DNA from: Eledone cirrhosa
Lineage: Eukaryota
Length of the DNA stretch: 64,000 nucleotides
Assembly (NCBI GenBank): GCA_964016885.1
Contig: OZ024742.1
Location: 315,084,001 to 315,148,000 of the forward strand
Direction: 5' to 3'
Shown here piece by piece: positions 1-12,269 of the stretch. The position numbers and the translations under genes are program-made. Under the pieces are notes generated by a model, which searched no databases, was not told the origin of the DNA, and saw nothing but the letters and a program-made list of their open reading frames with translations. Each line of letters begins with the position of its first letter. Position 1 is the first letter of the stretch.

Positions 1-496
1 TGTTGCTTTTAACGGAATTCATTCCGTTGCAACCATTAGTACCATTCTCTGATTTAGGGATATTTTCTTCTCTCTCACCAATATCAGAGGCATTGAAAAT
101 AACCATTAATAATAACCTACTCTCTATGATGTAAAGATAAAATAAACGACAAGGAACGGATTAACGTTACTGAAATAGGCATTAAAAATCCCTGGAACCA
201 TATTTGCAAAAGATTTCTAAATGGGATTATTTTTTCTTTGTAAAAGGCATACATTATGGAGGTTTATTAAAGATTCATAAAAGTGCAGAGATTTCAGTTA
301 CCCTGAGACACATTTGTTTATAAATTAAGAAATGTGTTTATATATGGAATTATATGTACATGTATGTGTTTGTAGGGTTAGATGTTTGTGGTTGTATGTG
401 GATCTAGGATTACTTGTTTATGTAATTTTCAGGCTGATATAATAAAACTGTCTAAATTGAGTTGAACAAAGCAAGTGTTTTTATTTGCTATCTCTA

Positions 497-681
497 CTGG
501 GTGGATTGGCAGTATCGGTAGAGGGTCGGACGCCATGCTTCCCAGCATAGTTACGTCCCTTTACGATCTGAGTTCAAATCCCGCCGAGGTTGACTTTGCC
601 TTTCATCCTTACGGGGTCGATAAAATAAAGTACCAGTAATACACTGGGTAATTGCAGGCCTTGTGCCTAAAGTAGAAATAA
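497..681 (+). mobile_element. tRNA-derived SINE with Deu/Nin-like core and 16-bp TSD
   Basis: A-box TGGCAGTATCGG, B-box GAGTTCAAATCC, core GCCTTTCATCCTTACGGGGTCGATAAAATAAAGTACC; TSD TTATTTGCTATCTCTA at 481-496 and 682-697. Confidence 0.9.
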
Positions 682-995
682 TTATTTGCTATCTCTAGGA
701 TGTATATTTTGTTTGGGCTTTTTTTTTATCAGAGGTCGTCATCTTCAACAGTTATATACAAATATGTAATTGTGCTTACATGGAAATATATACATCTATT
801 TAATATACAGGTGAGTATACGTTTAGTATTGTATACGAGTGTTCTTTACTCTATATTTACCTCACACACACACGTATATATGTGTGTGTGTGTGTTTGCG
901 TGTGTGTGTGTACGTGTGCATACATATATACAGGCGTATTTGTATATATATTGTACAGACACATACACACACATACATACATACATACATGCATA

Positions 996-1051
<56 letters not shown>

Positions 1052-1054
<3 letters not shown>

Positions 1055-1251
1055 TTCAACACCGCCACGGCGGAGCTCGAGCCTTTTCGACGGCTATTTT
1101 TGCACGGAATTTCAGTCCAGAAGTAGCTGTCGAACGGCTCGAGCTCTGCCGTCGGGGTCTTGAATTTTTAACTATTACCCACTCTACTACCCTAAGCATT
1201 GAGTACTCTGGTGCGTTATGGTCCACCTGGTTCTTTACCACACTTCCTTCG

Positions 1252-1253
<2 letters not shown>
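1052..1253 (+). mobile_element. Family A TA-inserted fold-back element (half-hammerhead palindrome + ~90 nt tail)
   Basis: Imperfect inverted repeat 1055-1164 then tail ...ACTCTACTACCCTAAGCATTGAGTACTC...CTTCGT; (TA)n on both sides. Confidence 0.85.
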
Positions 1254-1301
<48 letters not shown>

Positions 1302-1303
<2 letters not shown>

Positions 1304-1421
1304 CAAAGAAGATGAGGTATGATACCAGGTGGACTATAACGCACCAGAGTACTCAATACTTCTGGTGGTAGAGTGGGTAATAGGAAAAGAGACCGGACCC
1401 CAATGCACACCACATACACGC
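1302..1421 (-). mobile_element. Family A tail fragment
   Basis: Reverse complement of the family A tail; near-identical inverted copy at 4883-5002. Confidence 0.8.
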
Positions 1422-1449
1422 ATATATATATATATATATATATATATAA

Positions 1450-2240
1450 TGGAAAATTTGAACAGGAACAAAACAGTACAACGAATGTTTATTAATTTCA
1501 CGCTCTGGAGAGTGGGGTGGTGGTGGGGAACGACGTTTCGGGCATAAGCCCTTCCTCAGGTGAGAAGTGTGTGGGAAGAGAGTTCAAAGGATGTGTAGGG
1601 GAGTGGTGGAGAGACATATAGCGAAAAGGGGGTGGGAGGAAACGGTGCGAATGAAATTAAAAATTAAAATTAAAATAAAGCTTGATCAAAATAAAATGAA
1701 ATGAAATAAAAATAAATATAAAAGCATGATCAAAATAAACTGAAATTAAAAAGGAGTAAAACAGGTGGTGGAAGGGTGTGGGGGTGTAGGGGTGGTGGCG
1801 GGTGGAGTGGGGAGAGGGAGACGGGGTGTCCGAGCGGGGAGGGCTGAAGGTGGTGTGTGTGTGTAGGTGTACGTGTGGTGTGTGTGTGTGTGTGTATGTG
1901 AAAGCAAGGGTTGGAGGAAGAACGTGGTTGCATGTAGGAAGAGGTGTGTGTGGGGTGGGGTGTAGGTCGGAGTGTCTGTGCGTGTGTGGATAGAGGGGTG
2001 GGGGGAGAGGAATACGGAGGCTGAAGGTGTAAATATGTGGTGGAAAGCACGTGTGTGTGGGGTTTAAGCGTATTGTGGGTGTAGTTGGCGTGTGGGAGAA
2101 AACAAAAATTTTTTTTTGGTGTGTGTGGGTGAGTTATATAGGTGATTCCGTAAGAGGATGTAGTTGAAATGTTGGTAAACTCCTATGATGTTAGTAGGTT
2201 CCACGGTGGTCAAGTTCCACATACGAGTATTCCATATATA
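1450..2240 (-). mobile_element. 3' end of a PLE: possible ORF end, C/T-rich 3' UTR, minimal hammerhead, (TA)n junction
   Basis: Hammerhead at 1529-1563; pyrimidine-rich stretch on the minus strand; LTTVEPTNIIGVYQHFNY weakly resembles PLE C-termini. Confidence 0.6.
1529..1563 (-). ncRNA. Minimal type I hammerhead ribozyme (PLE-type)
   Basis: Minus strand CAC-CTGAGGA-A-GGGC-TTAT-GCCC-GAAA-CGTC^GTT; palindromic ACGT stem III typical of minimal hammerheads. Partial copy at 20184-20210 (+). Confidence 0.75.
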
Positions 2241-2527
2241 TACTATAAAGTATGTCCATAAAATCATTTGATAATATATATACACCATTTCCTCTCCCAA
2301 TTAGCATAATTAACCACACAAAAAATCAATTAGACCAGGCTATAAGATTAAAAGGCACCTATGATGAAATAGTAGATAAATAAATGACAGCAATCTCTTC
2401 GCGGCCAACCGCCATAGAATTTTACCCAACATTTCAACAGCGCGTGGAAATCGATTAAATATACAGTCAACAATATGCAATTAGGTATAAAATTAAAGTT
2501 AGAAGAAATGCATATACACATACCAGG

Positions 2528-2598
<71 letters not shown>

Positions 2599-3040
2599 GT
2601 ATACATATATATATGTGTGTGTGTGTCTGATGGTAGCTAAGATACTTCATATGAAATCATGTTGAAACAGATATGTTTCGAGCATTTTCATTTATCCTCT
2701 CTTTCTGTGTCCGATGAAGTAAATAAAAGAAACTCAAAGAGAAGAGAAGACAAAGAGGGAAAGAAATCTTAATTGCGGGGGTTACAGAAAATGTGACGAA
2801 AGACCTATGATAAGTAAATTACCATATGGTTATTAAAATAACCTAGGAATAGACTAATTAGCTGGCTGATAATAAAACAGAAGTAAAAAAAATAACACGT
2901 GCTTGTGTTTTTATTTGCATCACGGCCCCACCAAAGTATAACAGTATCTGTTTCAACATGATTTCATATGAAGTATCTTGCAACATGTATATATTCATAT
3001 ATTCATATGCATGCACACATTACACGCATATATATATATA

Positions 3041-3155
3041 GGAAAAAGTATGACCCCCGACGGCAGAGCTCAAGCATATTTCCCACTCTACTACCCTAAG
3101 TATTGAGTACTATGGTGCGTTATGGTCCATCTGGTTCTTTACCACAATTTCTTTG

Positions 3156-3157
<2 letters not shown>
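3041..3157 (+). mobile_element. Family A internally deleted element
   Basis: Short inverted arm fused directly to the tail; (TA)n on both sides. Confidence 0.8.
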
Positions 3158-3192
<35 letters not shown>

Positions 3193-3212
3193 TATATATA
3201 GGAACGAGTAGG

Positions 3213-3308
3213 ACCCCGACGGCTGAGCTCAAGCCGTTTCGACGGCTAATTCTGGACTAAATGAACATTTTTATCCTGGTGTATGAATAGCCGAGCTTCT
3301 CAGGGGGT
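3213..3308 (-). ncRNA. Hammerhead ribozyme with extended stem II (family A); core variant CTGAGAA
   Basis: ACCCC-CTGAGAA-GCTCGGCTATTC...GAATTAGCCGTC-GAAACGGC-TTGAGCTCA-GCCGTC^GGGGT. Stem I ACCCC/GGGGT, stem III ACGGC/GCCGT, triplet GTC. Confidence 0.75.
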
Positions 3309-4046
3309 AATTCCATATATGGTGAAAGTGATTATCACAAGGATAGGTGTAAAGTTTGCTGTTAAGACACATAATTCTATCATGGCAATTTGTGGAAGGA
3401 AAGGGTAGCTGAACCTGCCAGTAGAATAAAGAGGGAGAGGGAGTGGAGGAAACCCAGTCGTGCGTTGATAGTGCCAACTACAGCAGGGCAGGAGGTCAAG
3501 CAAGTATACTGGGGAGGAGGAGGGGGAGGAAGTCGAAGCAATAAGTAAATCAATATGGAGTAAATATATAGAAGAATACCAAGAATGTTAAAAATATAAA
3601 AAAAACAATTTCTGGTTACTATTCCCTAACCACAGTCATCAAGTCTCTCACTGGTACTGCTAAACTATAGAAAGGTTTACTAGGTGGGACGGAATTGTAG
3701 TGAGACCATTTTAAGAGTTAGTAGTAATCAACCCAGTATATCTTACGGTGACAGGTCAACAAGTGGGGGGCCAAAATACTAAAGAAACTACGACGAAATA
3801 ATAATTCAGAGGCCCGAAACTAATACGAAATAATTGTTTCTACCCTAGGCACAAGGCCAGCAACCACCCAGTGCAAAAAATAAACTAATACGAAATAATA
3901 ATTCAGAATCCCGAAAATTAATACTAATACTATCTCTAAGGGTGCCGCTACGATACAAAAATTCTAGTGCAAACTACATAAATGCTCGTACGAAGTATAT
4001 GAAAAATTTGATACGGAAAATTAATTCAGAATCCCCCCTCCCCCGA

Positions 4047-4260
4047 CTCTTCAAAGATAACAATATTACCTATGATCTCACTTGGAGCTTACTGTCCAGA
4101 GCCAACTCTTACACGGGAGGACGCCGCCCGTGCAATTTATGCTCGGAGGAAACTTTACAAATGCTGTTTTCGACGGACCAACTCCTAAACAATAAAGATG
4201 AACTGGTAACTGCATGCAAACACAGATTGCGTAGGATTTACCTCGCCCTCAAACCCCATA
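4047..4260 (+). pseudogene. C-terminal GIY-YIG fragment of a related Nematis-like PLE
   Basis: KDNNITYDLTWSLLSRANSYTGGRRPCNLCSEETLQMLFSTDQLLNNKDELVTACKH aligns by eye with the C-terminus of the 18330 ORF (KDNHTQYKLHWEILARARSYNGNKRPCDLC..LNKKSEAISACKH). Confidence 0.85.
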
Positions 4261-4784
4261 ATGACTGGGGGGGGGGGGGGGTAGACAAGGGCTGTAACAC
4301 CCCACTTGCCGACTTTGTAATGGGTAACCCCTGCTTGCAAAGGTAGACGTAAGATCTTCTTTTATATCTTTTTATCGTTTCCTTCGTCCCCCATCCCTTC
4401 CTAGTCCTTCCACCCCAGTCCTCCTTCTTTGTCGTCGTCCTTTTCACTTTCTCGCCCACCCGAGGCAGCCCCTCGGTCCTTTGTAGCCTCAGTACCCCCA
4501 CCCCCATCCCCTATTCTATGATAGAATTGGCCGACTCCGCTTTTTATAGCAGATGTGATAGACCCCAGATACTTGCTTTCTTATCCGATGGCTGCCCCAT
4601 TTCCGTGCTTTCTACATTTCTTAGTGGTATCTCTGCTTTAATTTCTCGTATATCAGTATTTATTTTTTTAGGGGGGTGGGGGGGATTCTGAATTAATTTT
4701 CCATATTCTATCATATTCTGCTCTGTAAGAGCATAGAGTGCTCAACCGGCATATGGAAGCATCTTAGCTACCATCAGACACATG

Positions 4785-4820
<36 letters not shown>

Positions 4821-4882
4821 AGTGAAGGCAGCGATTCTTTGCTTAAACTTTAATTTAATATATATATATATATATATATATA

Positions 4883-5150
4883 TGCGTGTATGTGGTCTGC
4901 ATTGGGGTCCGGACTCTTTTCCTATTACCCACTCTACTACCAGAAGTATTGAGTACTCTGGTGCGTTATAGTCCACCTGGTATCATACCTCACCTTCTTT
5001 GTTATATATATATATATATATATATAACGAAGGAAGTATGGTAAAGAACCAGGTGGACCATAACGCACCAGAGTACTCAATACTTAGGGTAGTAGAGTGG
5101 TTTAATAGGAAACAATTCAACACCTCGACGGCAGAGCTCGAGCCGTTTCA
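4883..5150. mobile_element. Two family A 3' ends facing into one (TA)n tract
   Basis: 4883-5002 (+) and 5027-5150 (-). Confidence 0.8.
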
Positions 5151-5280
5151 TTTGCGAATCATGCAAAGTTGGTGTAACTGCTAATGAATCCAAGTTTGCA
5201 CTATATGCAAATGAGTATCTCCAGCAGATGTTTTATACGTAAAAAGTACATAAGTTACCTCTTTGTACTGAGTGAGTAAA

Positions 5281-5326
5281 CGTCACTGATGATGGATAAA
5301 AATCCCAGAAACACTAGAATCTGATG
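5281..5326 (+). ncRNA. Hammerhead ribozyme motif (stem III degraded)
   Basis: CGTCA-CTGATGA-TGG-ATAAAAATC-CCA-GAAACACTAGAATC^TGATG; stems I and II pair. Confidence 0.7.
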
Positions 5327-5490
5327 CTCTCTCAGAGCTACTAACATAATCCTAGTTTAAAACACCCATATCTATTATATATCAACATACCATTCATGAC
5401 TTCACATACACATCTATTATGAACCAGGCTATGTTAGTGCTACAGCTATATATATATATATATATATTACAATAATTATATATATATATA

Positions 5491-5659
5491 AGTAGTTCCA
5501 CAACAGTAGTACTTGTCGGTCTAGACCGAGCTGAGGATCCGAATAAGGTGAAACATTGGTTCTCGGTATGGTGAACTAGCTGCTGTGGACTACTTCTACC
5601 AAACTCACTATATGGACTGAGTGCTCTACTACTACGGATATAACCCACCAGTGTTCTAC

Positions 5660-5662
<3 letters not shown>
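5491..5662 (+). mobile_element. Family D small element (short inverted arm, hammerhead, tail)
   Basis: AGTAGTTCCACAACAG inverted to CTGCTGTGGACTACT; homologue at 31622-31740 (-), more distant one at 57555-57700 (-). Confidence 0.78.
5525..5567 (+). ncRNA. Hammerhead ribozyme motif (family D)
   Basis: ACCGAG-CTGAGGA-TCC-GAATAA-GGT-GAAAC-ATTG-GTT^CTCGGT; perfect 6-bp stem I. Confidence 0.75.
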
Positions 5663-5699
<37 letters not shown>

Positions 5700-5707
5700 T
5701 CTTAAAC

Positions 5708-5890
5708 GATCGACTTTCGTCAAATCGGACCAAGGAAACAATGTTTCCGTTGGTCTTTCCAATTGCTAATACTATCTATTGGTCGCAACTCCAGGTGGAA
5801 GGAGCAACGTGAAATAAAGTGTCTTACTCAAGGACATAACGCATCGCCTGGTCCAGGAATCGAACTCACAACTTTACGATTGCGAATCCA
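5708..5890 (-). mobile_element. CORE-like SINE variant
   Basis: GGAGCAACGTGAAATAAAGTGTCTTACTCAAGGACA; further copies at 39400-39576 (-) and 52936-53110 (+). Confidence 0.75.
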
Positions 5891-5894
5891 TATA

Positions 5895-6407
5895 TATTAG
5901 GATTGGTGCTCTGAAATAGCGATGTATACATGAATGTATGTATAGTATATTTGGCAATATACCGTATATTTAATTAAAAACATGTTAAAGACCATACGCT
6001 ATCGGTTTTAAAGTAGTGACTATTTCACTTACTTCTGGTCTTCAAAATGTTTTTAATTAAACATACGGTATATTGCCAAATATACTATACATACATTCAT
6101 GTATACATCGCTATTTCAGAGCACCAATCCTAATACCTAATTTTTGCTGGACCAGCAATCGCTCTGTATAATCAGCTCCTGATTATTACTGGAAGTCTAT
6201 AAGAATCCAGCTTCTATAATTTTCGGCGAAAGCGATGAGTGCTTGGCTCTGATGATCGCCAACAGTGTGAAACACACTGTAATCTTCTCTCCCTTCTTTC
6301 GCCGAAAAGAAGTAAGTGACATAGTCACTACTTTAAAACCGATGCGTATGGTCTTCAAAATGTTTTTAATTAAACATACGGTATATTGCCAAATATACTA
6401 TACATAC

Positions 6408-6410
<3 letters not shown>
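5895..6410 (+). mobile_element. TA-flanked element with one inverted and two direct copies of a terminal segment
   Basis: 5895-5993 is inverted to 6036-6135; 6036-6097 is repeated at 6350-6409; 5985-6036 is inverted to 6309-6357. Confidence 0.75.
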
Positions 6411-6481
<71 letters not shown>

Positions 6482-7384
6482 AATAAATACAATATCGGAG
6501 AAAGCTTTTTAGCGATACTCCTGCCAAATTCCAACTCACTCAACAAACATTAGGAAATAAGTGACTATATTCCCAATTATGCGTTCGGGGTGCTAACTAA
6601 AAGTATTGCTTGGAAAATTGGCTGTATTATTTCATATGAGACATATCTAATATATCTCTTCCCAGACGGACGTCTCGTTTCATTATAGGATTCCTACAAT
6701 TTGGGTGAAATTATACCAATTTATGTAGGAGCTTGTATACCATTAATAGATATATATTCAAGTGGGCTCCTATAATTCATCAGTACTCTTCATTAAGGCC
6801 GAAGTGGTGGAAATGAGGATACGTAATAACGCATAGAATTTTCTAGATTATATTGGAAACTGGAAATAGACGAAAAGTAATTGACGAAAATATAGCTTCT
6901 TCCTAATATTTTTTTTTTGTTTACATTTATACCACCCCTTTCCTTCTTGTCTTCCATTTATTCTTTTTAAACTTACATCCAACACATATTTTGTCCTCGA
7001 CCTCAATATATAGTGTCAAGGCTATTACTCTATGTAAATAACAATGAATGGAGAACCTGAAATATATTGCGTAGAGACAATATGAAATATTTACCCAATT
7101 ACTGCGACTTGACATCAGCTGTTGTTGAACTAAAGGCAGCAACGTTATCCAGTCACCATTGTCGGTGTATGCGTGCATGCGTTTGATTGAATTTATCGTA
7201 CTTATATGTTCAAGGATTACAACTGAAATTACCAGTAAAGATATCATAGTATATCACCTTGTGTTCTTTGTTCGTATTGCTTCTTATGTTAACACAGGTG
7301 GCGCAGTGAATATCATTTGTTTGTAAATAATTTTTGTATCATTTAATTGTTTAATAATTTTATTGATTCATGGTATTATATTTT

Positions 7385-7533
7385 TGGATTGGCTGTATCG
7401 GTAGAGGGTCGGACGCTTTGCTTTGACGCATAGAGTTACGGCCCTTGCCATTCTGAGTTCGAATCTCGCCGAGGTTAACTTTGCCTTTCATCCTTACGGG
7501 ATCAATAAAATAAAGTACCAGTAATGCACTGGT
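7385..7533 (+). mobile_element. Same SINE family
   Basis: High similarity to 497-681. Confidence 0.85.
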
Positions 7534-9345
7534 TAATGAATGTAGAAAAAACGTTGTTCTCATTAGTTAGGTCTGTATACAATTTGCCTTTTAATACGCG
7601 ACTGGTCAGCTTTTCATTTCACTACCTTGTTTAGGGTGAATACTGATATAGAAGTGATTGGCTATGTGCCTATCTCTTCATTAAATTTGTAGCTCATTGT
7701 GAGAAATAATTAATTTTATATATCGTCAAAATTGCAACTGTCTTACAGTATAAAAAGTGATAATTGTTTGAAATATTTCGATAGTTTATCATATACTATA
7801 CATGCAATTGTTTTCTTTAATATGCTCATTTGTAATATTAGTCAGTATGTGAAAAATAGATGTAAAACAACGTGTGAAATATGTATAAAACCTTTCATTA
7901 TTTTCATTGAATAAAATATATTAGAGACACAATAATTATACTGAAATATTATCAAGTGGAATTGACTTGTAATTACTTGCACACAGCGATAGATATTATC
8001 GCATGTATTTCCCTAAATAGACATGTTTGATTTACAGGAGGCGATAATTACAAATTTGTGACGCTGATTCCTTATCCAGTGAAATTAGATATAAACACAG
8101 AGAGAATACTTCAGTCACTTTTTGAAGAATTACGGTTGATTGTGTCATGCACAGTTTGGTTGCACTATTTCCAATTTGCATATCTATTGAAATGTGCATT
8201 ACATATAATGATACATTTTCTATTAATGCTTTGGCTTAACACAGAAAATAACACACTACCTCCAGAATAGCGTTGATAATATTCCACTGGGTTTGATCAC
8301 CATTCGATATGTTTTTAAGTGAGGGGTGCGATGTTTCGCTATCCGGACGGACATTCTCTTTAATTCTTGAACCTAAAAGATGATGATTCGTTTGGCTTCT
8401 TACATTTGATGAAGTATGCCTTTTTAATACTAAATTATAAAACGTTGTGAGACTTGAACTGTTTTAATATAGATTTGCTGGGTGTAATAATCCACGTGAC
8501 ATCCTAGGTAAATGTAATTTGCCGTAGGTTCAAGTAGACCCCAGGTTTGTGGACGAAATTAAATAGACAGGAACTGCTTCGAAGCTCATCAGATGGATTT
8601 TATTTATATTTCAAAGAGCGAGCCTTCATGTCACGCCGTTTTGGCTTAGAGATTACCTTAAGGGAAGATTCATCATTTGTTTTATAAGATTAGACATAGA
8701 AATCTAGTTGTCACTCCATTTTATTTCCATATATCTCACTTAACTTTGATTAATCATGTACATTAATATGTTGCGTCTTGTGATATGTTTAGGTAAACAT
8801 TGAAAACAAACATGTTTTATATCGCTAAAAATTTGTTTACCCTATATATCATTTTCTTGAGATAATCGCTGAGAAAGAGCTTAGAATTTTTAAAACGGTT
8901 GATAGATGTAATATGACCAAAGCTGTAGAACTACTGCATTTTAAATAATGAAGTTAGCTGATAGCAATCTTAGAACAATGTTTTCTTGGGAATTAACGTC
9001 ATTTTACAGTGGTTTTAGCAATCCATCATCATATAATTTTCTTGAAAAGTACAAAGCAGCCAATAAGATTCTAATCGGTACTGCTTGTCAATTCTATATT
9101 TTCGAATAAATTAACCTAAATTATTGAAATCCGTAGTAGAGATATAAAATATTTCCAATAAATAATCTAATAGGATTATATTTATTAGTTATTATTTTAT
9201 TAGTAGTTATTACCTGAATACGACAATTCTTATTTTAGAAACAGCGTACCCTGAATGAAAATATTAAAACAGCTAAATTCAAGGGAGTTGAAAACATCCA
9301 GGATTCCGTTCAGTAGTATAAGCAAAATTCTATCTCAATGTATAA

Positions 9346-9860
9346 TCTATATATATAAAACTGTGGTTGTCTGTCTGTCTATCGATTTTCGGCACACATC
9401 TCCTCTTAGAATCTCTCACGGAATTGCACCGAAATTGCTATACTTGTACATTGAGCCCTAGCGAAGACATCGGAAAAAAAAATTTCAAATTGACCCGCCC
9501 TATGTGACGAAATCGAATATAATGTATCGATTTTTGAGCGTAAGTTATCAGTTATTTCCCTTTGTTCTGTTTACATTGAGCGTCTTACGTAAAAAATTAC
9601 GCTGGCTTTCTCAGTCTTTGTTAATAAATAACCAGTGCAGTTTCTATCCCCAGCATCCTCTTTTGTTATAACATTCGGGTTATAGTTATGTTTTCTTAAC
9701 TTCATAAGGCATATTGTTGGTTGAGGGAATATTAATCAAAAACACCACATGCAAGTCTGCACAGTAGACACTACAGTTTTTAAGCCAAGAAAGAAACTTA
9801 ACATTGTAACTTTAACACAGCTACTGAGCGACCCCGAGCAACGCCGGGCTTTACTGCTAG
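9346..9860 (+). mobile_element. Non-autonomous Helitron-like element
   Basis: A|TCTATATATATAAAA start, (GTCT)n, 3' hairpin CCCGAGCAACGCCGGG, CTAG|T end, no TSD. Confidence 0.82.
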
Positions 9861-11900
9861 TACAATATATTAACGTTGGAGGTGACTACAAACACTTACA
9901 AATGATACACATAAATACAGAAGCTGCATCTAAATTTTGAGAGGGGCCATCCCTTTAGCTTTTTCTCTTACATAGGTGGCACGAACATGACTTTTTAGCC
10001 CTTCCAAGGACTTAGATTCCTTTCTGCATATGGTGCAACTAAAGAAAAGAGAAAAGGTCATGCTTACACAAAACACGATAAAGTCATTTAGATCAAGGGA
10101 TGCTTATGCTTGATACTTTTTGAAGTGAAGAAAAGCCTTGTGCTGGACCAATCCCTCTCTCTGAACCACAGGAATAGGAATCCAAAAAGAAGAGCAGGTC
10201 AACATCGTTGGCTACTATCAAGTCACAGGTTTTACATCAGAGTTTCCCTTCTGAACTAGTGGTCTCTCACTGTCATTGGGCTAACCACATGCTGATGTAC
10301 CAAACCGAATATCTCCATGTCCCCGCGCATACATACATACAAGTACAAAGCAGAGTAAAACGGACTTATGCAGGTAAACATCTTTTTTAAGGATAAAATA
10401 TAAATTTTTTTTCTGGTTTTTAAGAGAAATGTTCCAGCGTTCCGAATCCAGTTCTTCTTAGGGGTGAAAGGAAAGATTTTAAATGTAATTATTTCAAGAG
10501 GTAAACAAGATGTGTGTATATTTCCTTTTGCTGTCAGTGTCTATTCATTCAGATAGCAGAAAATATTTTAGAATCCATGATTTAATCAAATTATTAGACA
10601 CACAAATGTAAAATAAGTTTAAAGAAATATCATAAGCGCATTAGAATACTTTCTAAAACAGAGCTAATACAAACATTAGGGTTAATATGATCATTAATCT
10701 AACTATATATTATTGTAAAAATATTCTCAGCTGGTTGCTAACTGAAATAGAAACCTAGAGGGAAAATAAAAATAAATAATAAATGCATTCAGAATGCACA
10801 ACAAGTAAAATGACATCGAAATATTATATATACAATGAATACAAGAGTGGCTGTCTTAAGTAGCTATAAAACTCTCATCAAATCAGCATGTTTGCATGAT
10901 ATTCTAGTAAAAACAATGGAAAAATAATACCACAATATAAACTTAACCAAAACAGCATATATCAATATTCACGGTATCCAAAAATACAAATCAAAAGCTA
11001 AAGTGACGGACAGTTTTGAAGGGAAAACACAATGATAGCAAGTACGTAAAGACTGGAGACTAAACTAAAAATGAAGCTACATGATGTCATGCTAAAACCA
11101 TAGCAAGAAAAGTTGCTAAAAGTCCAATAACGGAAAGAAATTAATAAGATAGAAAGAATTGCAATACTGATGGAAAATCGTAGGGTTTTAAATTTGATAT
11201 TGAAGGATTCTTTATTGCCAAAGCACACCCACTAAACATTACGAAAATCACGAAAGCCGCTCCAGGAATGGGTCCTGAAGTCTTTATGTAGTTGTAGAAG
11301 CGCCTCCCAGCCCTCTCCAAGTTAGAACACAGCCAATTCCTTCCAAAAAAAGGAACTAGAGACAGACAGTGGGAAAGAAAGATGGAAATAAAATTGAGCA
11401 TAGTAGTATACTGCTACTTTAGTTTGGGATCTCGGAAGAATGAAAGGCAAACTTAACCTCGAGGAAATGTGAGTTCACAGCATAGCGTGCAATCTGACTT
11501 TCTAAAGACTCTGCCAATTCGCCGCCTACAAATATATCGGCTGTTTTCAGACCTGAAGAGGGATAGTATCCGCCATGTTTAAATCTCTACAACTGCATTA
11601 GGTGTTTAGGGCCCATGGATAGATGGAATGGAGATATAAATTTGTGGGAACTGAAAAACAACAGCTTTAAAAAATCAAAGCAAAAATTGAGAAAATAAGT
11701 ACATATCTATCGTGAATGAAGCAGTGAAAATAAAGCAGGATATTTATCAATGATGAAAGATATTTGAATCAACAATCTATCTGTGCTGCTAAACAATGAG
11801 GAAGTAATTGAGAAAACGGAGAAAAACAATATTGGCAGGTATATGGAGTAATTAACTGAATTTCAAAAGACAACGAAGCAATACTATATATATATATATC

Positions 11901-12028
<128 letters not shown>

Positions 12029-12269
12029 CTTCTGATTTTATAATTTCACAAATTTTTACCAATAGAGAGAGAGTTGTTCTCTAACATAGACACAAGACCC
12101 TCTCATTGGAATTTACACATCAACTAGGTAGATTATGTATGCATGCCTACATGCATGCATGTGTAGATATGGATGTTATTGTATGTGTGGATGTATATGT
12201 TTTGAGTTGTATGTGTGGATGTGTATATGCTTTGTATCTGTACACGTGTATATGCAGTTATTAGATACA

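Noticed and set aside
497-681. tRNA genes suggested by A/B boxes in SINE heads
   Set aside because: No cloverleaf; the heads continue into SINE core and tail with TSDs.
1056-1547. Recurring short ORFs with DHNAPEYSILRVVEW (also 4764, 4999, 25620, 25852)
   Set aside because: Translations of the non-coding family A tail; frames and ends are not conserved.
2706-2745. CCGATGA...GAAACTC hammerhead-like string
   Set aside because: Stem II does not pair and there is no cleavage triplet or stem I.
11548-11585. CTGAAGA-GGGATAGTATCC hammerhead-like start
   Set aside because: No GAAA or stem I/III pairing follows.
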